Assembly (NCBI GenBank): GCA_033762115.1
Contig: JANRLX010000092.1
Location: forward strand, 1 to 64,000
DNA length: 64,000 bases
Source: Verrucomicrobiota bacterium
Lineage (GTDB): Bacteria; Verrucomicrobiota; Verrucomicrobiia; Limisphaerales; SXQI01
Reading direction: 5' to 3'
Made by a program: the position numbers and the translations under genes. The notes under the pieces are model-generated. The model had not been told where the DNA came from and did not search any database. It saw only the letters and a list, made by a program, of their open reading frames with translations. Positions 19,209 through 29,800 of this stretch are shown here, one piece after another; the stretch's first letter is position 1; each line of letters opens with the position of its first letter.

Positions 19209-20274
19209 GAGAGTTTATATTAACGCCTGATCGATACCGCAGTTTCCACGCCAGCCCTGCAACGCAAATGAACAGCATGCCTCCAGCGATATATTGGAGT
19301 CTGTCCAGGCTTTGCTGAAGACTCAAGGCAACCGCTGCAATACCCAGCAAGCCTGTGACCCCGTAAAGAATCAGGCAAGCTCTTCGTTGGCTGAGCCCTA
19401 ATTGCAGCAATCGATGATGAACATGCGATTTGTCCGCCTTGAACAGCGGCCTTCCATGATAGGCGCGACTCATCAAGACGGAGGTTGTGTCGAATAATGG
19501 CAATCCGAAAAGCATTAATGGCACAACAATCAACGTGGCTGTGGTTTCCTTGAACAGTGAAAACATACTGACTGCAGCAAGGATCAGCCCGATAAACAAG
19601 CTGCCCGAATCGCCCAGAAACACTTTTGCGGGAGAGAAGTTAAAAGGCAAAAACCCAAGGCAGGCGCCCCCCAATGACAACGTCACCAATGCCACGAAAA
19701 TATTTCCTGCCATGATGTTGATGACCGCAAGAGCAAGCGCCAGTAAGGCAGTAATCCCGGTAACGAGTCCATCCACCCCGTCCAGCAGGTTGATGGCGTT
19801 AGTAATGGCGACCACCCAAAAAATGGAGACAGGAAGGGAGAACCATCCCAGTTCGAGCGGCTTGCTGGTGAAAAAAAGCGACAGTGTCTCAATCCGGTAG
19901 CCGCCAAATTCATAAAGGGCAAAGCCAACAATGATTTGAACGATCAGTTTAACGAAAACCCTCGCTCCTTTAATGTCATCGTAGATTCCCAGGGCAAGCA
20001 ACAGAGCAGCCCCAATAAACAGCCAGAGAAATAATCGTTCATGATTTTGAAATGAGAGGGAGACACGATTTTCCAGGAGATACAGCGTGACCCAGGGGAA
20101 GGCGAAACCGGCAAATACCCCGAGGCCGCCCAGGCGAGGCATCGCTTCGGAATGGATCTTCCGTTCAGAAGGATAATCCAAAGCTCCAACTCGCCACGCC
20201 AGCGAAATAGCAAGAGGGGTCAGCAGAAAACTTGTCACTGCCGAGCAGGTCAAAATGAACAAATAGGTTTTCAC
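19195..20274 (-). CDS. MraY/WecA/TagO-family polyprenyl-phosphate HexNAc-1-phosphate transferase
   Basis: RKIH..PRLGG, GIYDD, NAINLLDGVDGL, FLGDSGS, DKSHVHHRL; GTG 20274 overlaps the upstream stop (GTGA). Confidence 0.9.
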   Translation of the reverse strand: MKTYLFILTCSAVTSFLLTPLAISLAWRVGALDYPSERKIHSEAMPRLGGLGVFAGFAFPWVTLYLLENRVSLSFQNHERLFLWLFIGAALLLALGIYDDIKGARVFVKLIVQIIVGFALYEFGGYRIETLSLFFTSKPLELGWFSLPVSIFWVVAITNAINLLDGVDGLVTGITALLALALAVINIMAGNIFVALVTLSLGGACLGFLPFNFSPAKVFLGDSGSLFIGLILAAVSMFSLFKETTATLIVVPLMLFGLPLFDTTSVLMSRAYHGRPLFKADKSHVHHRLLQLGLSQRRACLILYGVTGLLGIAAVALSLQQSLDRLQYIAGGMLFICVAGLAWKLRYRSGVNINSHVKP

Positions 20275-21386
20275 CTCACGACCCCCATTTTTTGGAAAAG
20301 TTCCCAATACCTTTCTATCATTTGTTCCAATCGGAATTCCTGCTCCACTCGCGCTTTGCCATTTGCTGCATAACGACCAGCGATGTCAGGCCGGTCCAAT
20401 AAATATTTAATGGCTTCAGCGAGGGCGCGAGCAGAGGAGGGTGGCACCACGATGCCGGTTTGGTCATGCAGGTTGACGAACGGAACGCCCGACTTCAAAT
20501 CGCAACTGATCACGGGTTTTCCGCAAGCCATCGCTTCCAATTGCACAATTCCAAACGCTTCGTTGGGAGTGATTGAGGGCAGCACAAAAAGGGTGCAGGC
20601 ATGCAGATGAATTGATAATTCTTCATTTGCGAGGTTGCCAAGGAATTTTACTCGATCACGCAGCTCCAGTCGGGCCACCTGAGCTTTTAATTGAGGTTCA
20701 AGTGGGCCGCTCCCCAGGAGCCAGAGTTCAGCCTCAAGATTCTTGATTGCTTCAATGAGATAAGAATGCCCTTTGTATCCGACGAATCTCCCCACGGTCA
20801 GGACGACAGGCAATCTGGCATTTTGCCTGAGATGGAACACTTTAGCCTGTTGCTCGGCGGTCAGATCAAATTGCCGCAAATCGATTCCATACGGAATAAT
20901 ACTGCATCGATCACGGACCGGTTTTAGCCATTTGGAATGTTCAAGCTGGGGGGGAGAGGCAACGACGATCTGGTTTACTCGTTCAAGAACATGGGAGAGC
21001 ACGGAACCGTATAGTCTCATCCAACCTGCCTGACGCACCACATCGCTATGATAGCTCAGCACGATTGGCAATTGAGGAGGGGCACGTAATACAGAAAGAT
21101 CGGCCAGGGGATTCGGGAAATGAGCATGCAGCAGATCACCACTCCAATTGCGGGATTCTTTAAGATATGCAGGGGTTATCGGTGTGGAAAAGAATTCTCC
21201 CCAGGTTGGGAGCCTCTTGAGTAAGATACCGCCGGAATTTGCCACTTCCTGCTTTCGGGATCGGTTTGAAACGATGCAGGTCACCTCCGCTCCTCGAGCT
21301 GAAAAACCTTCACAAAATGAACGCAGGAGTGTTTCTATTCCTCCCCGGTGAGGTGGATAATATTTTCCAAGCTCAAGCAGTTTCAT
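20271..21386 (-). CDS. GT4-family glycosyltransferase
   Basis: KYYPPHRGGIE, HFPNP, VGRFVGYKG, EAFGIVQLEAMACG. Confidence 0.9.
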   Translation of the reverse strand: MKLLELGKYYPPHRGGIETLLRSFCEGFSARGAEVTCIVSNRSRKQEVANSGGILLKRLPTWGEFFSTPITPAYLKESRNWSGDLLHAHFPNPLADLSVLRAPPQLPIVLSYHSDVVRQAGWMRLYGSVLSHVLERVNQIVVASPPQLEHSKWLKPVRDRCSIIPYGIDLRQFDLTAEQQAKVFHLRQNARLPVVLTVGRFVGYKGHSYLIEAIKNLEAELWLLGSGPLEPQLKAQVARLELRDRVKFLGNLANEELSIHLHACTLFVLPSITPNEAFGIVQLEAMACGKPVISCDLKSGVPFVNLHDQTGIVVPPSSARALAEAIKYLLDRPDIAGRYAANGKARVEQEFRLEQMIERYWELFQKMGVVR

Positions 21387-22540
21387 GGGGGGAGGATTTG
21401 AATGCCCATCTCGAATTCAGCAGCGACCTTTTCCCAGGAAAAATTTTGCTGGGCGTAGCTGCGGCATTGTTCACGTGATGGGAATTTTAAGTTGCCGTTC
21501 AGGATTGTGGATAAGAGCTGCTCTATTGCTGTGCTCGATCCCGGCTCGAATAAAAATTGCGGAGAGAACGGGTTAAGAATTTCCAGACTCCCACCCTGTC
21601 GCGAGGCCAAAACCGGAGTTCCACAGGCAAGGCTCTCGACACTGCTCAAACCAAATCCTTCGAGTGCGATGGATGGAACAATCGAGCAATCGGCCATATT
21701 ATAGAGATCAACCAATTGAGATTCTGTAACGTGTCCCATCAACTGAACAGACTGTTCCAGGCTGAGGGTATGGATTTGTCTTTTAAGAAATTGTTCCTCT
21801 GCCCCGCTGCCCGCGATCCATAGTTTGAGATTCGAATGCCTTTTGCGAACGGCACCAACTGCCTGAATCAGCAAATCCAAACCCATTCGTGCCTCCAATC
21901 GCCTGACGGCCAGGAGAAGAAAATCGGAAGGATTCAGGCCATTCATGGCTCGCAGATCGTTTCGTTCCAAAGGAAGGAACCTCTTCAGGTTGACCCCCGC
22001 CCCTATCATCTGAATGTGTGGCAATCGGGTGGGGTGCCAAAGCGGCAAATGATCTTGGTAATATTTTGAGATCGTGAAAATTCGGGATGACCTTCGTAGT
22101 GCGTTTTTTTCAACTCGCCGCATGTAAAGTGCATGCAACGATTGCATTATTGTGGGGCGTTCACCCCTGAAGCGAATGAGATACTCCTCCGCCCAGGGGC
22201 CGGTAAAAAGAAAGGCCTGTTGTTTGCGTGCCCGGGCGACGTGAGAAAAGTAGGCATGACATTGAATAACAATTGTGTCTGAAGGCAAATGGGCTAAAAG
22301 GAGATCGATTTCCCTGATTTCCTGTTTCCAATTCCAATAAGATGCCGCCCGCTTTTGAAACCGGATCAGGTGGGATCCGTTACTGCTTGTTGCCGGACCC
22401 TGGTCTGGGGTTTGCGATGGAAAAAGAATGCTTACATGGTGACCTCGCACAGCCAGTCGTTCTCCAAGTTCCGCAACGTAGCGGAATGCACCTCCGGTCT
22501 GCTCCGGATGCCAACCCAATGTTAGGAAAAGAAAACGCAC
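21383..22540 (-). CDS. GT4-family glycosyltransferase
   Basis: GGAFRY, VRRLEARMG, EGFGLSSVESLACG. Confidence 0.88.
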   Translation of the reverse strand: MRFLFLTLGWHPEQTGGAFRYVAELGERLAVRGHHVSILFPSQTPDQGPATSSNGSHLIRFQKRAASYWNWKQEIREIDLLLAHLPSDTIVIQCHAYFSHVARARKQQAFLFTGPWAEEYLIRFRGERPTIMQSLHALYMRRVEKNALRRSSRIFTISKYYQDHLPLWHPTRLPHIQMIGAGVNLKRFLPLERNDLRAMNGLNPSDFLLLAVRRLEARMGLDLLIQAVGAVRKRHSNLKLWIAGSGAEEQFLKRQIHTLSLEQSVQLMGHVTESQLVDLYNMADCSIVPSIALEGFGLSSVESLACGTPVLASRQGGSLEILNPFSPQFLFEPGSSTAIEQLLSTILNGNLKFPSREQCRSYAQQNFSWEKVAAEFEMGIQILPP

Positions 22541-22606
22541 GGGCGATCTGTCCGCAATTTTGACAGAAGGTTCGACTTACCACGATAAAAAAGCTAATTT
22601 TTCACC

Positions 22607-23566
22607 ATGGAGAGCAAATTACCCACTGCCATCCTGAGTTCGGTTCAATATATCAAGCATGATCCGGGGCTGGGGCATCCGGAGAAGCCAGCCCGGATTG
22701 AGGCGGTGATGCAAAGGTTGCGCAATCAGGAGAATCTTAAACCTTTTCTGGACTATGTTGAACCGCGACCTGCCACCGAAGCTGACCTGTTGCGCGTTCA
22801 TACTCCGGTTTATTGCCAGACAGTTCGCCGGGATGTTCAAAGTGGCGCGAGAGACCTGAGCACTGGAGATACTGCGATCTCGGAAGATTCTTATCATGTG
22901 GCACTCCTTGCCACTGGTGCGGCGCTTACAGCCATTGATCTGGTCGTTAGCAAGAAAGCTTCAAATGCCTTTTGCGTGGTTCGACCTCCCGGACATCATG
23001 CCTCGCCAAATCGCGGAATGGGCTTTTGCCTTTTCAACAGCATCGCCATAGCCGCCCGTTATGGTCAGGCAGTCCACAAACTCGGTAAAGTCCTGATTGC
23101 GGATTGGGATGTGCATCATGGAAATGGGACGCAGGATACTTTTTATGAAGATGGTTCAGTCCTCTTCTTCGATACCCATCAGCATCCATGGTATCCGGGG
23201 ACAGGTGAAGCCGGAGAAAATGGCAGTGGCAAAGGATTGAACTGTATCATTAACAACCCGTTTCCAGCGGGAGCCGGCAGTAAGGAAATCGTCGGTGCAT
23301 TTGAAACAAAACTGGTCAAGGCGGCCCAGAAATTCAAACCGGATCTGGTTCTGCTTTCTGCCGGGTTTGATTCCAGGGCAGGGGACCCGTTGGGTCATTT
23401 TAAGCTTTCTGATGAGGATTTCGCTCGATTGACGGAAATCATGAGTGCCATTGCCAAAGAGCATTGTGAAGGAAGGCTCGTTTCATTGCTGGAAGGCGGG
23501 TACAGCCTTGAAGGTTTGGCAAATGCTGCTGTTGCCCACGTGGGGGCGTTGACGAGGCATTCTTAA
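22607..23566 (+). CDS. Zn-dependent histone deacetylase-family amidohydrolase
   Basis: HPEKPAR, RPPGHHA, GFCLFN, DWDVHHGNGTQ, SAGFD, LEGGY. Confidence 0.93.
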   Translation: MESKLPTAILSSVQYIKHDPGLGHPEKPARIEAVMQRLRNQENLKPFLDYVEPRPATEADLLRVHTPVYCQTVRRDVQSGARDLSTGDTAISEDSYHVALLATGAALTAIDLVVSKKASNAFCVVRPPGHHASPNRGMGFCLFNSIAIAARYGQAVHKLGKVLIADWDVHHGNGTQDTFYEDGSVLFFDTHQHPWYPGTGEAGENGSGKGLNCIINNPFPAGAGSKEIVGAFETKLVKAAQKFKPDLVLLSAGFDSRAGDPLGHFKLSDEDFARLTEIMSAIAKEHCEGRLVSLLEGGYSLEGLANAAVAHVGALTRHS

Positions 23567-24795
23567 GTGGCGGCAGCAACACTTTCCTTATGGCCGTTTT
23601 TTTTCGCCCAGTTCTCGATGGGAACTTCAGGTGCCATTTTCAATTCCAGCCAAAAACGACTTCCCTGCCCAAGCTCCGATTTGACGCCCACCTTTCCTTC
23701 CATGCGGTGGATCGCTTTTTGGACGATGGCTAATCCAATTCCGGTCCCAACGTAGGTATCACGATCATGCAGCCGTTCGAAGACCCGGAAAATACGCTCC
23801 TGATGCTCTGGAGCAATTCCGATCCCGTTGTCTTCGATCCAAAGGCGGACGACTCCATTGATTCGTTCATCCCAAATCTTGATTTCCGGTGGAATTCCCG
23901 GGGGGACAAACTTGATTCCATTGGAGAGGAGGTTGGCAACGACCTGCGTCAACATCGCGCCATGTCCCATCACCTGCGGGTCAGTCAGCTTGATATGAGT
24001 GGAGGCATTTTTTTTTCGCAAATCGTAATCCAGTTGTGCCAGGACATCCTGAATGATCGTGGATAGAGAAAGCGGTTGAAGTTCAATTTGTTGCAAGGTA
24101 ATACGACTGTAGGCGAGAAGTTCCTGGATCATTTGGTCCATTCGTTCGGCAGCGCCGCGAATGCGTTTGCCATAATCCTGCCCCGTTTCGTCAATATGTC
24201 CGCCGTAGTCTTCAATTAATGCGGCTGTCAAACCTTCCATTGCACGCAGGGGAGCACGCAAATCATGGGCGATGGTATAACAAAAACTTTCAAGTTCCTG
24301 GTTTGCCTGGGTCAGTTGCTGTGCCCGCAGTGTCAGGCTCTCATTCAGGAGGCGCAATGATTCCGCCTGGGCGCTCAAGGCTTTTTTCTGTTTCCACAGC
24401 TCGATAAATACACCCACTTTGGTGCGGAGAATTTCAGGGACAATCGGCGTCAGGACATAATCCACGGCTCCAAAGGAATAACCTTTAAAGACATCCGAAT
24501 CCGTCGTGCTGAGCGCTGTGACGAAAATGATAGGTATATGTTCAAGGCTTCTTCGTTTCCGGATCATGGAAGCTGTTTCAAAGCCATCCATGACCGGCAT
24601 ATTCACATCCATGAGAATCAGGGCGAATTCCTTGCGCAACAACAGGCGTAGGGCTTCTTCACCTGAATGGGCTCTCACGAGGTTTTGGCCGAGTTTTTCC
24701 AAAACACTTTCAATCGCGAGAAGTTTCTCGGGATTATCGTCAACAAGGAGAATACTAACCTTGTCGTTTTCAGGTTCTCGTGTGGCCAAAATCAT
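23563..24795 (-). CDS. Hybrid receiver-histidine kinase
   Basis: N-terminal REC (LLVDD, LMDVNMP) plus AHDLRAPLR H-box and DNGIGI/GTGIGL HATPase. Confidence 0.92.
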   Translation of the reverse strand: MILATREPENDKVSILLVDDNPEKLLAIESVLEKLGQNLVRAHSGEEALRLLLRKEFALILMDVNMPVMDGFETASMIRKRRSLEHIPIIFVTALSTTDSDVFKGYSFGAVDYVLTPIVPEILRTKVGVFIELWKQKKALSAQAESLRLLNESLTLRAQQLTQANQELESFCYTIAHDLRAPLRAMEGLTAALIEDYGGHIDETGQDYGKRIRGAAERMDQMIQELLAYSRITLQQIELQPLSLSTIIQDVLAQLDYDLRKKNASTHIKLTDPQVMGHGAMLTQVVANLLSNGIKFVPPGIPPEIKIWDERINGVVRLWIEDNGIGIAPEHQERIFRVFERLHDRDTYVGTGIGLAIVQKAIHRMEGKVGVKSELGQGSRFWLELKMAPEVPIENWAKKNGHKESVAAAT

Positions 24796-25010
24796 TGCGA
24801 CGCCGTTAGTTTGACATTGCTCACATTACGTTTTGTTAAGCTCATGAACAAGCTGTATTTGCAGATGAGGAATCAAATGTGGGCAAATTGAAATCGGGGA
24901 AAACCTGATTGAAAAGGGCTCATGAAAGAGTTAAATAATTTTGTTTTTAAATATCCCGAGCAGAGCCCGTAAGAGCGTATGGTTGGATTGAATAGAACGA
25001 GTAGGGAGAG

Positions 25011-25511
25011 TTGAAAGAGACAAGTGTTATTTTATTGGTGGTTAATGAGCAGACGCTCATTTACCAACTGGAGCAGGCTTTTCGGAAAAATTCCCTGCGT
25101 CATCCAATCCGTGTGGCGAGATACGGAAATGAAGCGTTGTTATATCTGAAGGGAATCGGAGTTTACAGTAATCGGCAACTTTATCCTCTACCTGACCTGC
25201 TGGTGCTGGATCTCGCCAATCCGGACGGAAGCAGCATGGTCTTGCTTGGCTGGATACGTGAACAGAAAATCTTCAATACAATTCCAATCGTGATCATGGT
25301 TTCCAATGAGCATGACCGGGTTCTTCAGAACGCCTTGGATCTCGGTGCCAATGCCTTTGTCGTCAAGCGAGACGAGCAGTTGGAATTAATTTCACTGATC
25401 AAATCTCTTGAGTTGCTGGGAGAGATTTCCAACAGGGAAAAACCGGAGCAGGACAAAAACGATTTCCCCGGGACTCTGGAGTTTTTTCGGATAGATCCCC
25501 CCTCTGTTTAG
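25011..25511 (+). CDS. Single-domain response regulator (Rcp1-like)
   Basis: GNEALLYL..PDLLVLDL..IPIVIM..LGANAFVVK; acidic pocket atypical (VNE); TTG start. Confidence 0.8.
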   Translation: MKETSVILLVVNEQTLIYQLEQAFRKNSLRHPIRVARYGNEALLYLKGIGVYSNRQLYPLPDLLVLDLANPDGSSMVLLGWIREQKIFNTIPIVIMVSNEHDRVLQNALDLGANAFVVKRDEQLELISLIKSLELLGEISNREKPEQDKNDFPGTLEFFRIDPPSV

Positions 25512-26740
25512 CTGGAGGTTAACGCCATGGACCGTCCCGCAATCCAACCGGTCGTCCATGCAGCCTGAAAATTAAATCCTCCTGTAATTCCGTCGATGTC
25601 CAGTAGTTCACCAGCAAAGTAAAGCCCGGGAGATATTTTGCTTTCCATTGTTTTCAAGTTCACTTCATCAAGGCGGACCCCGCCACAGGTCACAAACTCA
25701 TCCTTGTTCAGGCTCTTCCCGGTGACATGAAATTGAGTGCGGCTAATGGTTTGAGAGAGATGATGCTGGGCCGCCCTGCTCAAACCTGCCCAGCGTGTTT
25801 CCGGAGCAATCCCGCTCGAAAGAACCAGTGCCTCCCAAAATCGAGCTGTTAACGGAGAAATCGGAGAATTAACCACCATTTTTGCGCCATTCGTTTGAAT
25901 ACGCTTCAGCAATTCGTTTCGGACGGCTTCCACAGAAAGGTGCGGAAGCCAATTCAACTCAATGGTAAACTGGTAATTGAGCCTGTTTAATTCACGCGCG
26001 CCCCAGGCGGAAAGCTTCAACACAGCTGGACCGCTCAGCCCCCAATGAGTTATTAAAAGCGGGCCACGTTCACGAAGACTGGTTCCGGGAATCGCAATCT
26101 CCACTTCCGGCAGGCTGACGCCCGACAATGCCCTTAGCCAGGGCAGTTCAATATGAAAGGTAAAGAGAGAAGGGACGGGCGGTTGAAGGGTATGCCCGAG
26201 AGAAGTTGCCAATGAGCCAAGCGCTTCAGAACGGCAGCCGCCGGTGGCAAGCAATAACTTGTCAGCCTGAAGTGCTTTGCCGTCGAATAACAGAACCCGA
26301 AATCCTTTCTGGTTCTTTTCAATTCGTTCGACCGTTGAGTTGGTGCGCATTTGAACGCCATTTTTTTGTGCCGTGCCAACAAGGCAATCAATGATTGTTT
26401 GAGAAGAGTCTGTCACGGGAAACATCCGCCCATCCGCTTCAGTTTTGAGCTCCACACCTCGCGCCTTAAACCAGGAAATAGTGGACCGCGCATCAAACTG
26501 ATGAAAGGGGCTGATCAATTCTTTGCTGCCGCGAGGATACCGTGCGCTAAAATCCCGAACATCAAAGCAGGCATGCGTTACGTTGCATCGCCCACCTCCG
26601 GAAATACGAACTTTCGAAAGAAACTGCCCCCCTTTTTCCAATAAAGTGACCTGCGCTCCGGGGGCGGTTTCAGAAGCAGCAATTGCTCCAAAAAATCCAG
26701 CTGCCCCACCTCCCACCACAATGATCGTCAACTCGGACAT
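25508..26740 (-). CDS. HI0933/YhiN-family flavoprotein
   Basis: GGGAAG, KVRISGGGRCNVT, GRMFP, THWGLSGP, VTCGGV, GGFNFQAAW. Confidence 0.92.
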   Translation of the reverse strand: MSELTIIVVGGGAAGFFGAIAASETAPGAQVTLLEKGGQFLSKVRISGGGRCNVTHACFDVRDFSARYPRGSKELISPFHQFDARSTISWFKARGVELKTEADGRMFPVTDSSQTIIDCLVGTAQKNGVQMRTNSTVERIEKNQKGFRVLLFDGKALQADKLLLATGGCRSEALGSLATSLGHTLQPPVPSLFTFHIELPWLRALSGVSLPEVEIAIPGTSLRERGPLLITHWGLSGPAVLKLSAWGARELNRLNYQFTIELNWLPHLSVEAVRNELLKRIQTNGAKMVVNSPISPLTARFWEALVLSSGIAPETRWAGLSRAAQHHLSQTISRTQFHVTGKSLNKDEFVTCGGVRLDEVNLKTMESKISPGLYFAGELLDIDGITGGFNFQAAWTTGWIAGRSMALTSS

Positions 26741-26806
26741 TCTCGCATGATCTGTGAGATCACGATTTCAATCAAGAAGGGGAAGTCAGCCGGATTGGTG
26801 GCAGCG

Positions 26807-29800
26807 TCAATTCCCTCTTCTGGAAAGAAGGAATGCGAGCAGATCGTTTAATTCCTGCGGATTCAGCAAGTCCCCGAAATTTTCCGGCATCAATGACGAG
26901 TCTGATTCGCGACGTTCCTTGATTAATTTTTTCTGGATTGAAATTTCTTTGCCGGTTGAGTCTGCCAATACCAACAACTCTCCCTCCTCGCGCCGAGGCA
27001 GGCCCGAGATCACATCTCCATCTTCCAAAATAACAAGATGGGACCGAAAGGCGTGATCAACATTCCGGTTTGGGTCCAGCACATCCTCGATCAAACGTTC
27101 AAGCCCACGGTTCCCAATTCCATCAAGTTGTGGTCCAATGAGTGCGCCAGCGCCATCCACCTGGTGGCAGACTGCGCAATTTTTCACGAACAGAGCCTGT
27201 CCATTGTTCGAATTTCCCTGGGATTTCTCAAAAGCGATCCGTTTTTCTTCCAGCTTTGAGGCGATCCCTTCATTGGCTGGCGGAAGTTTGTCTGAAAGTG
27301 TTGCAATCCGCTGTTTCAATTGTGGACCCGATTGCGTGGCGAGCCGCTCCTTAATCGTGCGTGCACTCAGAAGTCCAACAGGAGCTTCCTTACGCTCGAC
27401 CATTGCCAGAAAAACTTCAACGCCTTCGGACGAGGCGACAAGATTTTCTGCAACCTTGATTTGAAGTCGTTGCGGTGCCATTTGAAAGACCTGGGTTAAA
27501 ACAGTTTTGCTCTGACCATTGGTTGCAATGGAATGGACAATCGTCCTTCGAAGGTTTGAGGCCAGCGCAGTTTCCTGAAGCAGCTTTGCCAAAGCGCGTT
27601 TTTCATCTGAAGGACTGAACGATACCAATGCCTGGGCAGCGGAGGCCTGGACAATGAACTCATGATCGCCTGCGGTCAGTAAATTTTCGAGGGCGCTTTG
27701 ATGATTCGTTAAATTCAGCGATTCGGTTATTTGCAAGGCGCTAAGGAGCTTTTCATTCACCTTGTTTGGATCGGATTGTGGAAGAGCGATGACCGGAGGG
27801 TCAAACCGACCGGCTCCTATCCAGGCGTATCCTGAACCCGTATCACCATCAACCAGCTCAAAATGGCATTCTCTTCCTGCAAACTCCCGCAAATCCCATG
27901 TGACTTTTCGTGCGATATCGTTTCCTGGAGCAGGAGTTTGCTTGAGAACCTGACCGGTTTTTGAATCGATCAGACGAACAGAATTGTTGCCGAGCGCAGG
28001 TTCTGAAGGTGGACCATCATGCCCTACTACGTAGAATGAAAAAGCAGCTGGCGCAGGGAAGGAACTGGAACGAAGAATGCCGGTAAGCTGCTCCCCTCCA
28101 GAAGGCAGGCTGGTAATATACAGAGTGGTGGCGCCATCCTCAGCATTCCGTTCCTGCAACACCCAGGGGTTTGCAGAAAAGGCTTTGGTGGGATTTGGCA
28201 AATTGATCCAGGTGGAGCGGCCTGTGGCAGCGCTCAAAAGGCTGCCAGCCAATTCATTGCCCCAGTCTTTGATTTTTGGGGTCACTTTTAGCCCCCGTTG
28301 TGAAAACCCGTCTTGGATCGATTTGAACACTGTTAATTGAACATCGGTTTCATTCCTGGCTTTTTGCCGTGAAACTTCAGCCAGATCATCCAGCCGATCA
28401 ACCTCCACATGTCGGGCAATATGCTTCAGACAATTGGCCAGTCGTTCATCCGGTTCATCATACTTTTGGGTGTGGTCTAATAAAAAAGAGGCTGCGGCAG
28501 GTTTGGGAATTGCCAGTGCCACATCTGCCAGCGCCCGGGAATCGTTCTCCGAGATCGCTGCGCTCGCTGCAAAAGAAACCTTGTCCGTGGCAGCCATTTG
28601 ATTTCGCAGTGCGATCCGTGTGGCATGCAGCAAATGGGTGTCCGATGGATGAGTTTTCTGGCGTAACTGAAGTAACGCTGGAATGAACTCTTGACGCGGA
28701 TGCAGACCTGAAGCTTCCGCCGCGCAACGTTGCACGAGCGGGTCTGCATCCTTGATTCCAGCCTTCAATAAATCCGTATGGAAAGGTGTGAGCGTAGCAG
28801 TTTCGCCAATAATTCGCATCGCGTGCGCCCGGACGGCTTTGTCCCTGTGGGTGGCTGCCATGGAAAGATAAGCATTCTCCATTGCATTCAAACGGTGGAG
28901 AATCCAAAGCCCATGAATCAACTGAAACGAACTCGGATTGCTCCTTCCGATCAGCCGCTTCACGGAAGGAATAGCGGTTGAGCCGATCCGGTCAGTCACT
29001 TCATTCATTGCAAGCATTCGTCGAGTCATGAAGGGGCTGTCCAATTCATCCAGACATTGGTCAAGCGTGGCTGCAGCCAGATTAAAGGGGGGAGCCGCAG
29101 GCTTGTTCTTGTAGATGACACGCCAGATACGGCCTCTTTCCCGGTCACGACCGGGATGCTCCAACGGCACTTCATAATGGCCGATGATTCTGTTATAAAA
29201 ATCCGCCACATAAAGGGCTCCGTCCGGGCCCATCTGGATATCCACAGGTCGAAACCAGGGATCGTCAGTGGTCAGAAAATCTTTTTGTTCATGTGCCACC
29301 TTCGTTGAACCCCGTTCTGAAATCGTGTCTCGATTGATCCTGCTGGTCATTACGTTTCCAATCAGGATGTTATTCTGAAATTCCTGCGGCCAATAGCCAT
29401 CAAGATAATAAATAATCCCGGCGATCGCTGTTGAACCATGAGTATGCTGAAGCATGGTTGGAGCATACCCCAGGCCATCATTAGGTTTCCCGAAACTGGG
29501 ATAGTATCCGCCGCGCAGCAGCTCATAAATAGGTGAGCTGTGGCAATCAGCCGAATACATATTTCCATAAGGATCAAAACAGAGCCCGAACGGATTCACT
29601 TGTCCCCAGGTATGCTGCTCGACCCGCGATCCATCCAGGCGCACACGATAGGTATTTCCTGAATGAATCGTGATCGTGCTCCCATCACGCGCTTTGATTG
29701 TGGACGTGTTGTTGAAACCGTGCGTGGCATACAGCCAGCCATCAAATCCCCGGCGAAAAGAAGCATTGTTTCCATGAGTGTCTTTTTCCCATCCGAGAGG

